A stretch of DNA of 64,000 nucleotides from Candidatus Melainabacteria bacterium 17Bon1m (GTDB taxonomy: Bacteria > Cyanobacteriota > Vampirovibrionia > Obscuribacterales > Obscuribacteraceae), in contig JAVLKG010000003.1 in NCBI GenBank assembly GCA_032128875.1, positions 641,008 through 705,007 on the forward strand, written 5' to 3'. Position numbers and translations under genes: made by a program. Below, one piece after another: positions 10,390-20,827 of this stretch (position 1 is its first letter; the number at the start of each line of letters is the position of its first letter). The notes under the pieces were generated by a model, which was not told the origin of the DNA, searched no databases, and was given only the letters and a program-made list of their open reading frames with translations.

Positions 10390-11337
10390 TTACTTCATGC
10401 CCGCTAATAGATTCTCGGCCATGTTGATAACTTGGGGATCCGAATTGATTCCTTTTGCGCGGTCTAGAAATACCTGCAGTTGCTGGCGTGACTCAGCGAT
10501 ATTGCCCATTCCTTTTAGCGCCAGAGCCTCATATAAAGGCAAATTCGGGTCTGTCGCCATCAATTCGTGTGCTCTCTGGAGCTCTCTGAAGGAGCCGGAA
10601 TAGTCGCCCTTGAAAAGAAGCAGTCGCCCGTAATTGAGATGTGCAATCTCGTTTTTGTCGTCGATTTCGATGGCGCGCTTGTAGTCGAATTCAGCTTCCT
10701 TTAGGAAATTGAGCTTCACCAGCGTATTTCCGAGGTTAATGCGCAGTTGAGATGAGTCCATTCCCAGAGCGGTCGCTTTCTTCACCGAGGCGCTATAGTT
10801 GGTCAAAGCCAACTGTGGATTGCCTTTCTGGTCATAAATCAAGCCAAGCAGGAATTGTGGAGTGGGATCCACTCTGCGGTACTCCATCGATTTTTGCAAA
10901 AGCCCAATCGCGGGATCCATCTGCCCGCTTGAAATTAAGTCCGTTGCTTGCCGAATGAGCATCTTGCCGCGAATGAATGGATCTTGTTCGTTCGGCGGCG
11001 CATTTTGGAAGGGCTGGAACACAGGCATTTGTGGTTGCTGTGGAGGCGGCGCTTGCATATTTTGTTGCAGGTTGTTGAACTGCTGAAAATTGAATGGCAA
11101 GGCTGGTGATGAAGATCGCCCTGGCAGGGTCTGCGGTAAAACCTGAGTTTGCGCATAAACCGGGGGCTGCGGAGAAATTGGAGGCTGCGGTGAAAGAGGC
11201 GGGAACGCGCTATTGTCCTGCGCAAGAGTTGGCAGGGCAAGCAGAATTTGCGCCGCAGCCACGCAGCCAATTTTTCCAAAAATAGAATTGGATTTCAGTT
11301 GAATCAAAAACCGTTCGCTCAGTCCAGTGCCTCGCAT
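10390..11337 (-). CDS. TPR protein with Pro/Gln-rich N-terminus, likely exported
   Basis: TPR units 'INLGNTLVKLNFLKEAEFDYKRAIEID'; start uncertain. Confidence 0.8.
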   Translation of the reverse strand: MRGTGLSERFLIQLKSNSIFGKIGCVAAAQILLALPTLAQDNSAFPPLSPQPPISPQPPVYAQTQVLPQTLPGRSSSPALPFNFQQFNNLQQNMQAPPPQQPQMPVFQPFQNAPPNEQDPFIRGKMLIRQATDLISSGQMDPAIGLLQKSMEYRRVDPTPQFLLGLIYDQKGNPQLALTNYSASVKKATALGMDSSQLRINLGNTLVKLNFLKEAEFDYKRAIEIDDKNEIAHLNYGRLLLFKGDYSGSFRELQRAHELMATDPNLPLYEALALKGMGNIAESRQQLQVFLDRAKGINSDPQVINMAENLLAGMK

Positions 11338-11381
11338 TTTAACTGATAGCGATGTGAAAAACGCGCCGAACTCTACTTTCT

Positions 11382-14003
11382 CTATCTTCTATCTAAATTG
11401 TCTTCGACCGCCCTGGCTGCTGGTTGAGCGACTACCGATACGCCTACTTTGATAGGAAGTTTGCGAACTGTTTGAGTATTGTTGGTGATTCTGCCTTCCA
11501 CTGCAGAGAATGATTTCGGATCAATCTGCTTGCCGGCGATATGCTGGGCGATGAGATCGACTTGCGAGACAGGAACAGGCTTCATAGCTATTTCTTGGGC
11601 CACATCTTCCAGGGTGCGCTCCGGTCCGAAGAGTCCGGCTTTTGTCCATTTATGCACAGGGTGCTGGCGAGTGACGACGTTGTAAGTTTTATCGAGCTGA
11701 AGAGGTCCAAACGAACCATCAGCAGCTTGAATTTTTATATTGTTGATTCTGCCGCCCAGTGTGCCTGCTCGCCAGGGCTCTCCAGCCAGGTCTATTGCAT
11801 ATTTCAATCCGCTCACCTGTACAAAATTGCCGGAGAGATCTTGCGGCGCGTCGTCAACTTTAGGGAAGAACAACTGTCCGACACGCTGAGCAACAGAGGG
11901 TTTTTCTGGTGTGTTCAGATCGCGAACACCATATTCCAACCCTTGTTTTATTTGCGCTCCTGTGAGGCGAACATTGACCAGTTCTTTGATTTCGCCTTCT
12001 CTTTTGCCTGCGTTCATAACCAAATTGGCTATGTCGAGTCGAGTCAACGGTTTGCCTGCGACGATTTGATCGCGGATTCCGCCGGAGTGTGTCATGACGA
12101 CGAGATCATCTCCGAGCTGCGGTTTGAGCCCGCTGCGAATTGCATCAGAGACAAGATTCCCGAGCGCTGTTTCTTTGGCTCGCAATCCACGTGCGCTGTA
12201 ATTACCGACCGCCATCGCACCATAGGTTTCCTGTGTAAGAGCGTTGCGCTCCGGCAGAGCATTCTTGATGGCCTGCTCGATAGCTTCATCTGCTCCAAGC
12301 TCGGCGGTGATAGGGACGAGATTGCCGCGGGTGAAATAGCGGTTGGCCGTGCCATCTATATTGACCGCCGATTGGAAATTGCCGAGCCATCTACCGCCCG
12401 AGCCTGCGTGCATAATTGGAATTTCGAAATTGCCACCAACCGGTCTGCCTGCCAGGCGATCTATTGTTCTTCCAATAATTCCTTTTTCCGGGCCGACCCA
12501 AATTGGAGTTGGTGTGATGCTGTGACTGTGTCCGCCCTGAATGCGGGTGACTGGGAGATTCTCGCGGATCAATGCTTTGGCGAGTTTTAAATCTTCGCCA
12601 AGACCGATGTGCGTATCAAGAACGATGTGCTTGATGCCCTGGCTGTTCAAATCTTTGATGGCTGCGATCGCCGTTTGTTCTGCATCGTGATACTTAATTG
12701 CACCGACGGCGCCCTCGTCTGTCGTCAAGCCGATTGTTGCGACTTTTGTTTTGCCCCACGGTGCCATAATTTCTTCAATTACATAAGGTTTTGTCAGCCC
12801 GTTGTATTCCGGATACGCGCTCACATCTAAATTCGAATTGATGACTGAGACGTTTGGATTTTTCTCCAGGATGGGGCGCATGACTTTGCCCCAGCGCGGA
12901 ACATCGAAAAGCCCTCCGGCAGCGTCGTGTTCGTGGTTGCCTAAAATAATCTTGCGCGCTTGCATATCGATGAGCGTTTCATATTCTACTTGTCCGCCCT
13001 TCGTAAATGCAAAGTTGACGTGCCCGGAAAGGGCATCGCCGGTGATATCAAAGCTGGTCGGTCTTCCTTTTGCATAGGACTGAGCATTAAGGTCATCCAG
13101 AGCTGATTTCATGTATGGCAGCTGGTCAAGGTTGCTGTGGAAGTCGCCCATAAATCTGCCATCTATGCGCATGACATTAGCGTCGCTTCGCACTTTGGCA
13201 CCAAGCTCGCCGACAATTTGTCTGCCTCTGAAAAGTGCAGTGCCAGTGCCTGTTAACGCTCCGCCGAAGAGCGAGCCGAATGCTACGTCCTGTCCTATTT
13301 GCGATGCGGTGGTGGTTAGTGCGTCACCAGTATTGGTGGCAAACTGATCTTTGTTTTCCCAGGCGCGTCTGGGCGTGCTCCAAACAAAAGTTCCTGCAGC
13401 ACCGCCCGCCATGCCGCGTACGACGTTATGTTTGATTGCTTCAATGCCTGAATTTTTGACAATTACTTTGGCGCCTTCCATTGCTGTTTCAGTGGAAATG
13501 TTTTCGCCCAGTGCTCGACGTCCGAGTGCCGACAGGTAGCGTTTTGACACTTGCTGGTCTACTGCACTACCGACTACGCCGGCAAGCCCGTCCACAGCAC
13601 CCCATGCCAGGTCAGAGGCTTTGGCTGTTCTGTTTTTTTCATCGAGAATTGCATGCTCGACGCCTGTTTTCACTGTGTATTTTGTGGCACCACCAGCCAG
13701 CATTGCCAGCGGAATGGACATCGCTTTTGCTGCGCCATGAGTGGTTGCATTCAGAAGGCTGTAAGCAACAACGCCGGACACGCCTGCTGTGAGGCTTCCG
13801 GCGAAGTCCGCAGCGGTTTGTTTGGCAGTTACTCCAGAACTCTTTTCTTCTGGGTTGGTCTGCGCGACTGCCTGCGGTTTAAAGCTGTAGGCACCTGCAG
13901 ATTCGAGCAGCATTTTGCTGACCGCAGTACCTTTGGACAGCTGCGACTCTGGGGGTGTTTCTTGCAGCTGTGCAGGGTTTTCTTGTTGCTCGAATGGAGG
14001 CAT
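11382..14003 (-). CDS. 5'-nucleotidase-like metallophosphoesterase with long Gly/Ala-rich N-terminal extension
   Basis: GDFHSN, GDALSG, GNHEHD, HIG, GGHSH motifs; C-terminal 'ETALGNLVSDAIR..SGGIR..QVSGLKY'. Confidence 0.85.
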   Translation of the reverse strand: MPPFEQQENPAQLQETPPESQLSKGTAVSKMLLESAGAYSFKPQAVAQTNPEEKSSGVTAKQTAADFAGSLTAGVSGVVAYSLLNATTHGAAKAMSIPLAMLAGGATKYTVKTGVEHAILDEKNRTAKASDLAWGAVDGLAGVVGSAVDQQVSKRYLSALGRRALGENISTETAMEGAKVIVKNSGIEAIKHNVVRGMAGGAAGTFVWSTPRRAWENKDQFATNTGDALTTTASQIGQDVAFGSLFGGALTGTGTALFRGRQIVGELGAKVRSDANVMRIDGRFMGDFHSNLDQLPYMKSALDDLNAQSYAKGRPTSFDITGDALSGHVNFAFTKGGQVEYETLIDMQARKIILGNHEHDAAGGLFDVPRWGKVMRPILEKNPNVSVINSNLDVSAYPEYNGLTKPYVIEEIMAPWGKTKVATIGLTTDEGAVGAIKYHDAEQTAIAAIKDLNSQGIKHIVLDTHIGLGEDLKLAKALIRENLPVTRIQGGHSHSITPTPIWVGPEKGIIGRTIDRLAGRPVGGNFEIPIMHAGSGGRWLGNFQSAVNIDGTANRYFTRGNLVPITAELGADEAIEQAIKNALPERNALTQETYGAMAVGNYSARGLRAKETALGNLVSDAIRSGLKPQLGDDLVVMTHSGGIRDQIVAGKPLTRLDIANLVMNAGKREGEIKELVNVRLTGAQIKQGLEYGVRDLNTPEKPSVAQRVGQLFFPKVDDAPQDLSGNFVQVSGLKYAIDLAGEPWRAGTLGGRINNIKIQAADGSFGPLQLDKTYNVVTRQHPVHKWTKAGLFGPERTLEDVAQEIAMKPVPVSQVDLIAQHIAGKQIDPKSFSAVEGRITNNTQTVRKLPIKVGVSVVAQPAARAVEDNLDRR

Positions 14004-14179
14004 GAGCCCGCAGAATCCTTTGAAGAGGACTTCTACAGTAGATTAGTAATTAAGCTTCAGTAATGAGGAGATTACGCAAACCCTTGCGTAAGACTCCCCC
14101 GGGGCTGCCCACTGCCAGTCCGGTGGTATATCTTTGAAACGTGCTACAGTACCTGCTCTCGGTGATTATTAATCAATAA

Positions 14180-14485
14180 ATGGACGGCGACCACAAAACC
14201 GATACGGCTATGGACCAGTTGCCGGCCGACTGCTCAAAGTGCAAGCGGCCGTTATGTTTGCGCCAAAAAGTTATGAATTTGACAGTCGGGAATGTCGACG
14301 AGCTTTACTGTCTTGAATGCCTGGGTCTGGAAAGTGACCGGAGAGCAGTTGAAGTTCTTCTTACACTTAAAGGTTATGCGCTCGCCAGGGAGTGTTTTTC
14401 CAAAGAATGGCGCCGCTACACCACAGTCGACGATTGCCCTGACAGGCTGGGCTGCTGCCCGGAGCAATGTTTTTCGCAGCCTTAG
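14180..14485 (+). CDS. Small Cys-rich hypothetical protein
   Basis: CSKC, CLEC, CPDRLGCCPEQC. Confidence 0.65.
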   Translation: MDGDHKTDTAMDQLPADCSKCKRPLCLRQKVMNLTVGNVDELYCLECLGLESDRRAVEVLLTLKGYALARECFSKEWRRYTTVDDCPDRLGCCPEQCFSQP

Positions 14486-14578
14486 TGCTTTAGACTTTTG
14501 TTAGGACACGTGCTGCTCAGATTAGGATGTAAGGTTCCATTTGGCAGCGCTGGCGAGGTTTTAGGGGGTTCTCTACTG

Positions 14579-14812
14579 GTGGCTGATTTTGAACTGGATT
14601 TGCGAGGCGTCGCTTGTCCCATGAATTTTGTCAAAACAAGGCTGTTTCTTGACAAGATTCAAGAAGGTGACCTGGTGACGGTTTTGCTCGATGGGGGTGA
14701 ACCTGTCGAAAGTGTTTCAGAGAGTGTTGTGCAAGACGGGCACACGCTGGAAGGCAAATCTGAGGCGGCAGAAGGGCACTTTAAGCTGGTCATTCGCAAA
14801 GGTAGATTCTAG
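14579..14812 (+). CDS. TusA/SirA-family sulfur carrier
   Basis: 'LDLRGVACPMNFVKTRL', 'LDGGEPVESV'; GTG start after AGGGGG. Confidence 0.85.
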   Translation: MADFELDLRGVACPMNFVKTRLFLDKIQEGDLVTVLLDGGEPVESVSESVVQDGHTLEGKSEAAEGHFKLVIRKGRF

Positions 14813-14911
14813 ATATTAGTAATAACTGTTGACAAACTAGCCTGGTGCAGGCGACTATAACCCGACTGGGCGTAGCCCCTCTCGGGCAAAAGCCCGAATA
14901 ACGGAATCCGG

Positions 14912-15640
14912 TTGGCATTGCGCATGTTTAAACACGAAAGCAACGCTTGCAAGAGCAAAGCTAAAACAGCCCTAGGCGGAAGCGCTCTGGCTGCGCTTTT
15001 GCTTTTCGCCGGCAGCTTGTCCGTAGTGCCTTCGATTGCGGCTGATATAAGCAAAGCGCCGCCCTCAGAGGCCGAGTTCAAAGTCGCCAAGGACAATCTG
15101 GCTGCGGCTCCCAAGGATTTTAAAACTCACCTTGCTCTGGCTGAGCTGTACAAGCGTGCCGGTTCGAACAAGGAAGCAGTCAAAGAGTATGCACAGACCA
15201 CTGAGCTCAACCCTGCCTGCTATGTCGCCTATCACCAGATGGCTTATTCCAATCCGGATTCAGCGACTGTCGAAGCCGCAATTGAGCGCCTGAATAAATT
15301 GAAAGAAGAGAAGCCTCGCGACTTGCTTTTGCGTGTGGCACTTTCTGAGCTTCTGGAGCAGCGCAAAGAGTATTATCATGCCGCCCGCACACTGGTGGAC
15401 CTGCTTTATCAAAATGCAGTGCCTGATCAGCACATCGCCAAGGTGAATTCGCGAATTCGCTTGTTGCTCGGCAAAGCAAAAGACATGCAAACACTTGAGA
15501 AAGCAAAAGGTTTGGAAGACGAAATGGAAGTCGTTCCGCCACCATTGCCTGAGGCAAGCTTGAGACGCAACCTCCATGCCTCTAAAATAAAGGAGCCAAA
15601 GGTAATGCCCGGCGTCGGGCACGCGCCATTGCTTCCCTAG
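14912..15640 (+). CDS. Exported TPR protein
   Basis: Signal-peptide-like segment and TPR repeats; start uncertain. Confidence 0.75.
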   Translation: MALRMFKHESNACKSKAKTALGGSALAALLLFAGSLSVVPSIAADISKAPPSEAEFKVAKDNLAAAPKDFKTHLALAELYKRAGSNKEAVKEYAQTTELNPACYVAYHQMAYSNPDSATVEAAIERLNKLKEEKPRDLLLRVALSELLEQRKEYYHAARTLVDLLYQNAVPDQHIAKVNSRIRLLLGKAKDMQTLEKAKGLEDEMEVVPPPLPEASLRRNLHASKIKEPKVMPGVGHAPLLP

Positions 15641-15649
15641 GCTTTTTCT

Positions 15650-16432
15650 ATGAAATCTTCAATGACATATTTGGTGGTAGCTCAAACCGCTCTACTGCTT
15701 TGTAGCTGCACGTCAAGCGTAAAGACAGATCCCAGCAAATTGGCGCAGGTGTCGATCAAGACGTCTGACGGCTCCCCGACTCAGGGCAAGGTATCCGATT
15801 CTTCTTCGACATCGGTGAAGAAGGTCAATGGTGAGTATTCGCCTGAGGCTGTCACGTCTGAAGCAAGCGCTGCCAACGTCAAAATCGAAGTCGATATGGC
15901 GGCGGAAACGATAATATCCAAAGAGTGTTTGGAAGCCTGGCGAAAAGCATTGAAGGGCGACGAAAAGGGCGCCATGTCTCAGCTTGAAGATTTGGAAAAA
16001 CGATATCCAAAGGTTTCCACAATCAAGTTTATGAAAGGCCAAGTGCTAGAACACCTCGGCAAGGGCGAAGAGGCAGTCAAGTTTTACCGCGAGTCACTCG
16101 ACAACTCGGAGTACAGTTCTATCCGCCAATTCAAGCTGGCTCAGGCTTACGTCAAACTCAAAAAGTTCAAAGAAGCCGAATTGATATATCGGAAACTTTT
16201 AAAGACCTTCACCGATTTTCCGGATGCAAAGCTAGGGCTGGCTCGCTGTCTAATTGCACAGGACACTCATACTAAAGAAGGACACCAACTTTTGGCAGAA
16301 ACGGTTATATTGTGTGAGGCGCTTGTGAAAACCGGTGAACCCCAGAAAGTAGCTGAGGGTCGGCGGGTAATCAAAGAAGTCCTCGAACTCGACCCGGCAA
16401 CACCGGGGGCGAAGGAGCTTTTGGGCAAATAA
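15650..16432 (+). CDS. TPR lipoprotein
   Basis: Lipobox-like LCSC followed by TPR repeats. Confidence 0.75.
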   Translation: MKSSMTYLVVAQTALLLCSCTSSVKTDPSKLAQVSIKTSDGSPTQGKVSDSSSTSVKKVNGEYSPEAVTSEASAANVKIEVDMAAETIISKECLEAWRKALKGDEKGAMSQLEDLEKRYPKVSTIKFMKGQVLEHLGKGEEAVKFYRESLDNSEYSSIRQFKLAQAYVKLKKFKEAELIYRKLLKTFTDFPDAKLGLARCLIAQDTHTKEGHQLLAETVILCEALVKTGEPQKVAEGRRVIKEVLELDPATPGAKELLGK

Positions 16433-16488
16433 GCGCCTTGGTATCCACAGTGCCACAGTGGGTGGCAATCTGCTTTGAGGTGTTGGTA

Positions 16489-17622
16489 ATGCTTAAAGAA
16501 AAGGATTTGTTGGAATCGCCGTCCGTGGAAGAAATCGCTATCGACGGGTTTGATTTCATCGAGTTTTACGTAGGCAACGCGCTGCAAGCGGCTTACTACT
16601 ACGAACGTGGGTTTGGTTTCGATCTGGTCGGTTATAGCGGATTAGAAACAGGCAGGCGCGATCAAGTTTCTTATGCCTTGAAGCAAGACCATGTTTATTT
16701 GGTATTAACCGGCTCTCTGAACAAAGACCACGAAGTCGCAGAACACGTCCATGTTCATGGAGATGGCGTCAAAACCATCGGTCTAAGAGTTCGTGACTGC
16801 CAGAAGGCTTATGAGATTGCCATCGCCCGCGGTGCCAAGAGCGTAAAGGCTCCTGAAGTTGTTGAAGATGAAAACGGTAGGTACGTATCTGCATCTGTGT
16901 ACACCTATGGAGAAACTCTCCACACCTTCGTCGAACGCAAAGACTACAAAGGTTTTGCACCCGGATTTAAGACCGTCGACAGAAAGTATATTGATAATCA
17001 AAACGATAACAAAGTCGGACTGGCTGCCGTCGATCACGTTGTCGGCAACGTAGAAGTCGGTCGCATGGAGCATTGGGTCGATTTCTACAAAAAGGTTTTC
17101 GGCTTCTATGTCTATCAGTATTTTGATAAGGGTGATATCAGCACTCAGTATTCCGCGCTCGTCTCCAAAGTGATGGCTAACAAATCCGGCTCGGTCAAGA
17201 TGCCGATCAACGAGCCATCGGAAGGTGTCAGACGCTCACAAATTCAAGAGTATTTGGACTATTACACGGCACCGGGCGTGCAGCATATTGCGATTGTCAC
17301 TCGCGACATCATCAAGACGGTTGCGGAGTTACAGAAGCGCGGCATCGAGTTTTTAAAGGTTCCACGCACCTACTACGATGCACTGCCTGAGCGCGTCGGA
17401 CAAATTGACGAAGACATTGAGGAATTGGCCAAGCTGCACATTCTGGTGGATAGAGAATCAGAAGGTTATCTCTTGCAGATATTCACTAAACCTGTGCAAG
17501 ACAGACCGACACTGTTCTTTGAGGTAATTCAAAGAAAGGGTGCAAAAGGTTTTGGCAAGGGCAACTTCAAAGCGCTATTCGAATCTATCGAACGCGACCA
17601 GGCCGAAAGAGGAAATCTCTAA
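16489..17622 (+). CDS. hppD: 4-hydroxyphenylpyruvate dioxygenase
   Basis: DHVVGN, GVQHIA, LLQIFT, FFEVIQR, GFGKGNFKALFESIE. Confidence 0.97.
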   Translation: MLKEKDLLESPSVEEIAIDGFDFIEFYVGNALQAAYYYERGFGFDLVGYSGLETGRRDQVSYALKQDHVYLVLTGSLNKDHEVAEHVHVHGDGVKTIGLRVRDCQKAYEIAIARGAKSVKAPEVVEDENGRYVSASVYTYGETLHTFVERKDYKGFAPGFKTVDRKYIDNQNDNKVGLAAVDHVVGNVEVGRMEHWVDFYKKVFGFYVYQYFDKGDISTQYSALVSKVMANKSGSVKMPINEPSEGVRRSQIQEYLDYYTAPGVQHIAIVTRDIIKTVAELQKRGIEFLKVPRTYYDALPERVGQIDEDIEELAKLHILVDRESEGYLLQIFTKPVQDRPTLFFEVIQRKGAKGFGKGNFKALFESIERDQAERGNL

Positions 17623-17628
17623 CGCAAA

Positions 17629-17682
17629 GTACGGGAGCCGCATGCGGCTTCCTGGCAAGGACGGCGCATGCGCCGACCCTAC
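17629..17682. repeat. GTAG-type REP doublet
   Basis: GTACGGGAGCCGCATGCGGCTTCC...GGACGGCGCATGCGCCGACCCTAC; near copy at 33506. Confidence 0.8.
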
Positions 17683-17697
17683 GAAGTGTGACGGCTT

Positions 17698-19878
17698 CTA
17701 AGAGGTTCGGTGACGGCGGGACTGCAGCTCTTTCACGCGCAAATCGGTGAGCACTGATTTGACATAATTCCCCTTCTTCCACATCAGTTGGGAGTACTCG
17801 CGCAAGGCTGCGATCACGTCAGGATCGGACTCTCCCAATTCCGATTCCATTTTTGGCAATGCTGATTCGTAGAGATAGCGAGCCCGCTTGTAATGCCCTT
17901 CTTGAAAGTGCACAAAGGCAAGCAGTCGTGTCGTAGCAATTAGCTGCGAAGTATCTTTGTTGTCTTTGCTCCAAATTTTGAGGGCGCTTTCATACGCTTT
18001 CTCTGCATTGGCAAACTGGCTGCTCATGCGATAGCAGTCGCCAAGCCTGCACAAAATTCGCGCTCGCCGCTTTTCTTTTGGATTGCTAGTTTCACTATAT
18101 TTCTTGAACTCGGAAAGTAAAATCTCGTACTTGATTGCCGCTTCACCATAACGACCACTGGCATAAAGAGCATTTGCTAAGTCTTCACCAACGTCATTGA
18201 ACATTGAATGACGGTTACCCTCGGACTTGTGCATTTTGTTGGGATCTTTTACGTCCGGGTCCGATTCTAGTTTGTGATAAAGGTCACTATACACTGCGAT
18301 GGAATCCGCCCAGTTGCCGGTTTTGCCGAGAGTTTTAGCAAAATTCCATTGAGCTTCGAGCGTATCGTCGGTTGCCTCACCGTCAAACTCTTTCAAAGAA
18401 AAGTACGCCTTCTTTCGATAGTCGAGAGCTTCTCGATAGTGACCGTTTTCTTCGTAGAACTGGGCAAGCATCTGTTGCCCGTTTATATAGTGTGGAGATG
18501 TGACACCTTCGGGGCGGTACTTCTTCAAGGCAACTTGAAGAAGTCCTAAGTTCGAAGCGAAATTTGACTTTTCTTCCGGTGGCTTTTTAATGACAGACCA
18601 AGCCGACGCCGCTCCCGGTGGGGGTTCGCTGACGTCTTTGAAATAGATACTTAAATACTGCACGGCGACGACTGCACAAACAACCACCGCTGCCAGTGCC
18701 ACCAATAACAGTTTTTTCTCACGACCGACGAATGGCGCAACTTTCAATCTCAGCAATTCGAGTTTCAACTTTGCATTCGTGATCCAGCCGGCATCCATTT
18801 GATCGAGAAACTCGTGTAGATCTTTGGCTAACTCTTCCATGCTTTGGTGGCGCATGGCAGGGTCTTTTGCGAATGCTTTGAAGACGATTGCTTCCAGTCT
18901 TTCCGGTACCTTAGACTCAGGGCAAGAAACCGAAAATGAAGCAGGAACCTCGCTCAACTGTCTGTACAAAGTCTCCATTAAGTTTGCGCCGACGATAGGA
19001 GGCTTGCCGGCAATAACTTCGTACATCAAACATCCCATCGAATACACATCCGAGCGTGCATCGACTTTTTCGCCGCGACACTGCTCAGGACTCATGTAGA
19101 ACGGACTGCCGAAAACCTCTCCTGTCTTAGTTAAATGTAGCGATTCGCCGCCGTCCTGTGGTATCAACTTTGCAATGCCGAAGTCCACAAGTTTTACTAT
19201 ATCCAGCGCCGGATCCTGGTGAATAAGCAGCACATTGCTGGGTTTTAGATCCCTGTGCAAAACATTATTCGAGTGTGCGCACTGTAGTGCATCTGCAATC
19301 TGCACGAAAATCGCCACTGAACGTTCAAGTGCCAAGCCGCGCAGCATCTTGATTGCTTCGTTTAGCGGAGTACCGTCTAAGTAGTCCATCACGATGAAGG
19401 GCTCGTTATTGTCGCCGGCGCCGAAATCGTAAATCGAAACAATGTTTGTGTGCGAGAGGCTGCTGGCGGCTCGAGCTTCTTGCTGGAAGCGTGCGTAAGT
19501 GACTGGGTCATTCACCAAATGCGGTAGCAAAAGTTTGACAGCAACTATCTTGCCAAGCTGCTTGTCCACGCCTTTGTAGACGACACTCATACCGCCTTGT
19601 CCAATGTAGGATTTCAGTTCGTAGCGGTTAGCCAGCACCGTGCCTACGAGTGCGTCCATTCTATGTCTGACGAGAGTTTCTTCGCCGTCGTTATCGGCGT
19701 TGGCAGCGCCATCTGAGTCGCAAGCGCTGCTCTCCTTTTTATCAGTCGAACCAAGCGCGACCTTTTCTTTGATTTCTGGGGTGGCCGACAGAAAGGCTGA
19801 TTCAGCTCCGGGAGGAATCTGGTCGGCCTTCAGTTTCGCGGGTTCTTTCTTTGCTTTTTTGTCTGATTTTTCGGACAT
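17698..19878 (-). CDS. Hanks-type Ser/Thr kinase with TM helix and C-terminal TPRs
   Basis: GQGGMSVVY, VAVK, HRDLKPSN, DFG, GSPFYMSPE; TM; TPRs. Confidence 0.95.
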   Translation of the reverse strand: MSEKSDKKAKKEPAKLKADQIPPGAESAFLSATPEIKEKVALGSTDKKESSACDSDGAANADNDGEETLVRHRMDALVGTVLANRYELKSYIGQGGMSVVYKGVDKQLGKIVAVKLLLPHLVNDPVTYARFQQEARAASSLSHTNIVSIYDFGAGDNNEPFIVMDYLDGTPLNEAIKMLRGLALERSVAIFVQIADALQCAHSNNVLHRDLKPSNVLLIHQDPALDIVKLVDFGIAKLIPQDGGESLHLTKTGEVFGSPFYMSPEQCRGEKVDARSDVYSMGCLMYEVIAGKPPIVGANLMETLYRQLSEVPASFSVSCPESKVPERLEAIVFKAFAKDPAMRHQSMEELAKDLHEFLDQMDAGWITNAKLKLELLRLKVAPFVGREKKLLLVALAAVVVCAVVAVQYLSIYFKDVSEPPPGAASAWSVIKKPPEEKSNFASNLGLLQVALKKYRPEGVTSPHYINGQQMLAQFYEENGHYREALDYRKKAYFSLKEFDGEATDDTLEAQWNFAKTLGKTGNWADSIAVYSDLYHKLESDPDVKDPNKMHKSEGNRHSMFNDVGEDLANALYASGRYGEAAIKYEILLSEFKKYSETSNPKEKRRARILCRLGDCYRMSSQFANAEKAYESALKIWSKDNKDTSQLIATTRLLAFVHFQEGHYKRARYLYESALPKMESELGESDPDVIAALREYSQLMWKKGNYVKSVLTDLRVKELQSRRHRTS

Positions 19879-20028
19879 TGTTGCAGAGCTAAGCTGAAGC
19901 TTGGCAGCTCCCCCCAGTCAAGACATACCTCACTAAAGGGGTATCCAAACCGCACGGTCTGTTTTGTGCGATGATACAACCGTAATCGTTGCTTACCAAC
20001 CATTTTTTGACCGGCGAAAGTTTCTCAA

Positions 20029-20727
20029 ATGACTGCAAAAGATGTTGTACCAAGTTCACAACGACGCGTGATTTCGGCACAAAATTGCGTGCCTGCTTTA
20101 CTGGGAATTCTCATCTCCCTGGCTGTGCAATCCGCTTCGGCTGCGCCTTCTGATACCGGTTGGATAATCGAACAGAAGAGTGAAGAGCGCGGGCGGACGG
20201 TCATTCGCATGACTGAAAACAGCATGGTTCTTACCAGCAAGTTGATGTCGGCGATTCTGACGGCGCCGAAGTTCGACGCTTGTTTTTTCAATGAAAGCAC
20301 TCGCAAGTATGTGCTCATGCCGCATAACGACTGGATGAAGCGTTATGCGCCCGGTAAGAAAGAAATGAAGGGACCGTTTGCGGGCGAGAAAATTGCCGGC
20401 TACTCTACGAAGAAGTACACGTGGCAAACCAAAAATCGACACAAAATAATGGAATTGTGGGTTACGAAAGAGCTGCCTCTAAGTGCGCCCCTGCAAGAGT
20501 TTGTCTCAAGTACCATTGGCATCCCGCAGAGCATTGGTATGCCGTTGCGTATGGTTTCTAAATTCGATGACCGTGAGCCTCGAATCGACATGGATACGAA
20601 GTCGATCAAAAAGACCAAAATCCCGAAAAGCGCCTTCGAGCTGCCCAAGGGATTCAAAAAGTGCAAAAGCGAGATGGAGTTGTTGTTGGGCGACGACGAG
20701 AGCGGCATTGACGCGTTTATCAAGTAG
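20029..20727 (+). CDS. Hypothetical exported protein (DUF4412-like)
   Basis: Signal peptide, 'EKIAGY.T.KY', 'FELPKGFK'. Confidence 0.65.
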   Translation: MTAKDVVPSSQRRVISAQNCVPALLGILISLAVQSASAAPSDTGWIIEQKSEERGRTVIRMTENSMVLTSKLMSAILTAPKFDACFFNESTRKYVLMPHNDWMKRYAPGKKEMKGPFAGEKIAGYSTKKYTWQTKNRHKIMELWVTKELPLSAPLQEFVSSTIGIPQSIGMPLRMVSKFDDREPRIDMDTKSIKKTKIPKSAFELPKGFKKCKSEMELLLGDDESGIDAFIK

Positions 20728-20827
20728 TTGAGTCATTAAGGACCTTCAGTTGCCATATATGGTTTGCTTTGTATTTGGCGTGGTATTGAATGTTCACCCC
20801 CCTTGCAGCATTTGAGGTGCCCCTTCT

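Noticed and set aside
11541-12590. 349-aa plus-strand ORF and similar antisense ORFs throughout
   Set aside because: Antisense to well-supported genes, with no motifs
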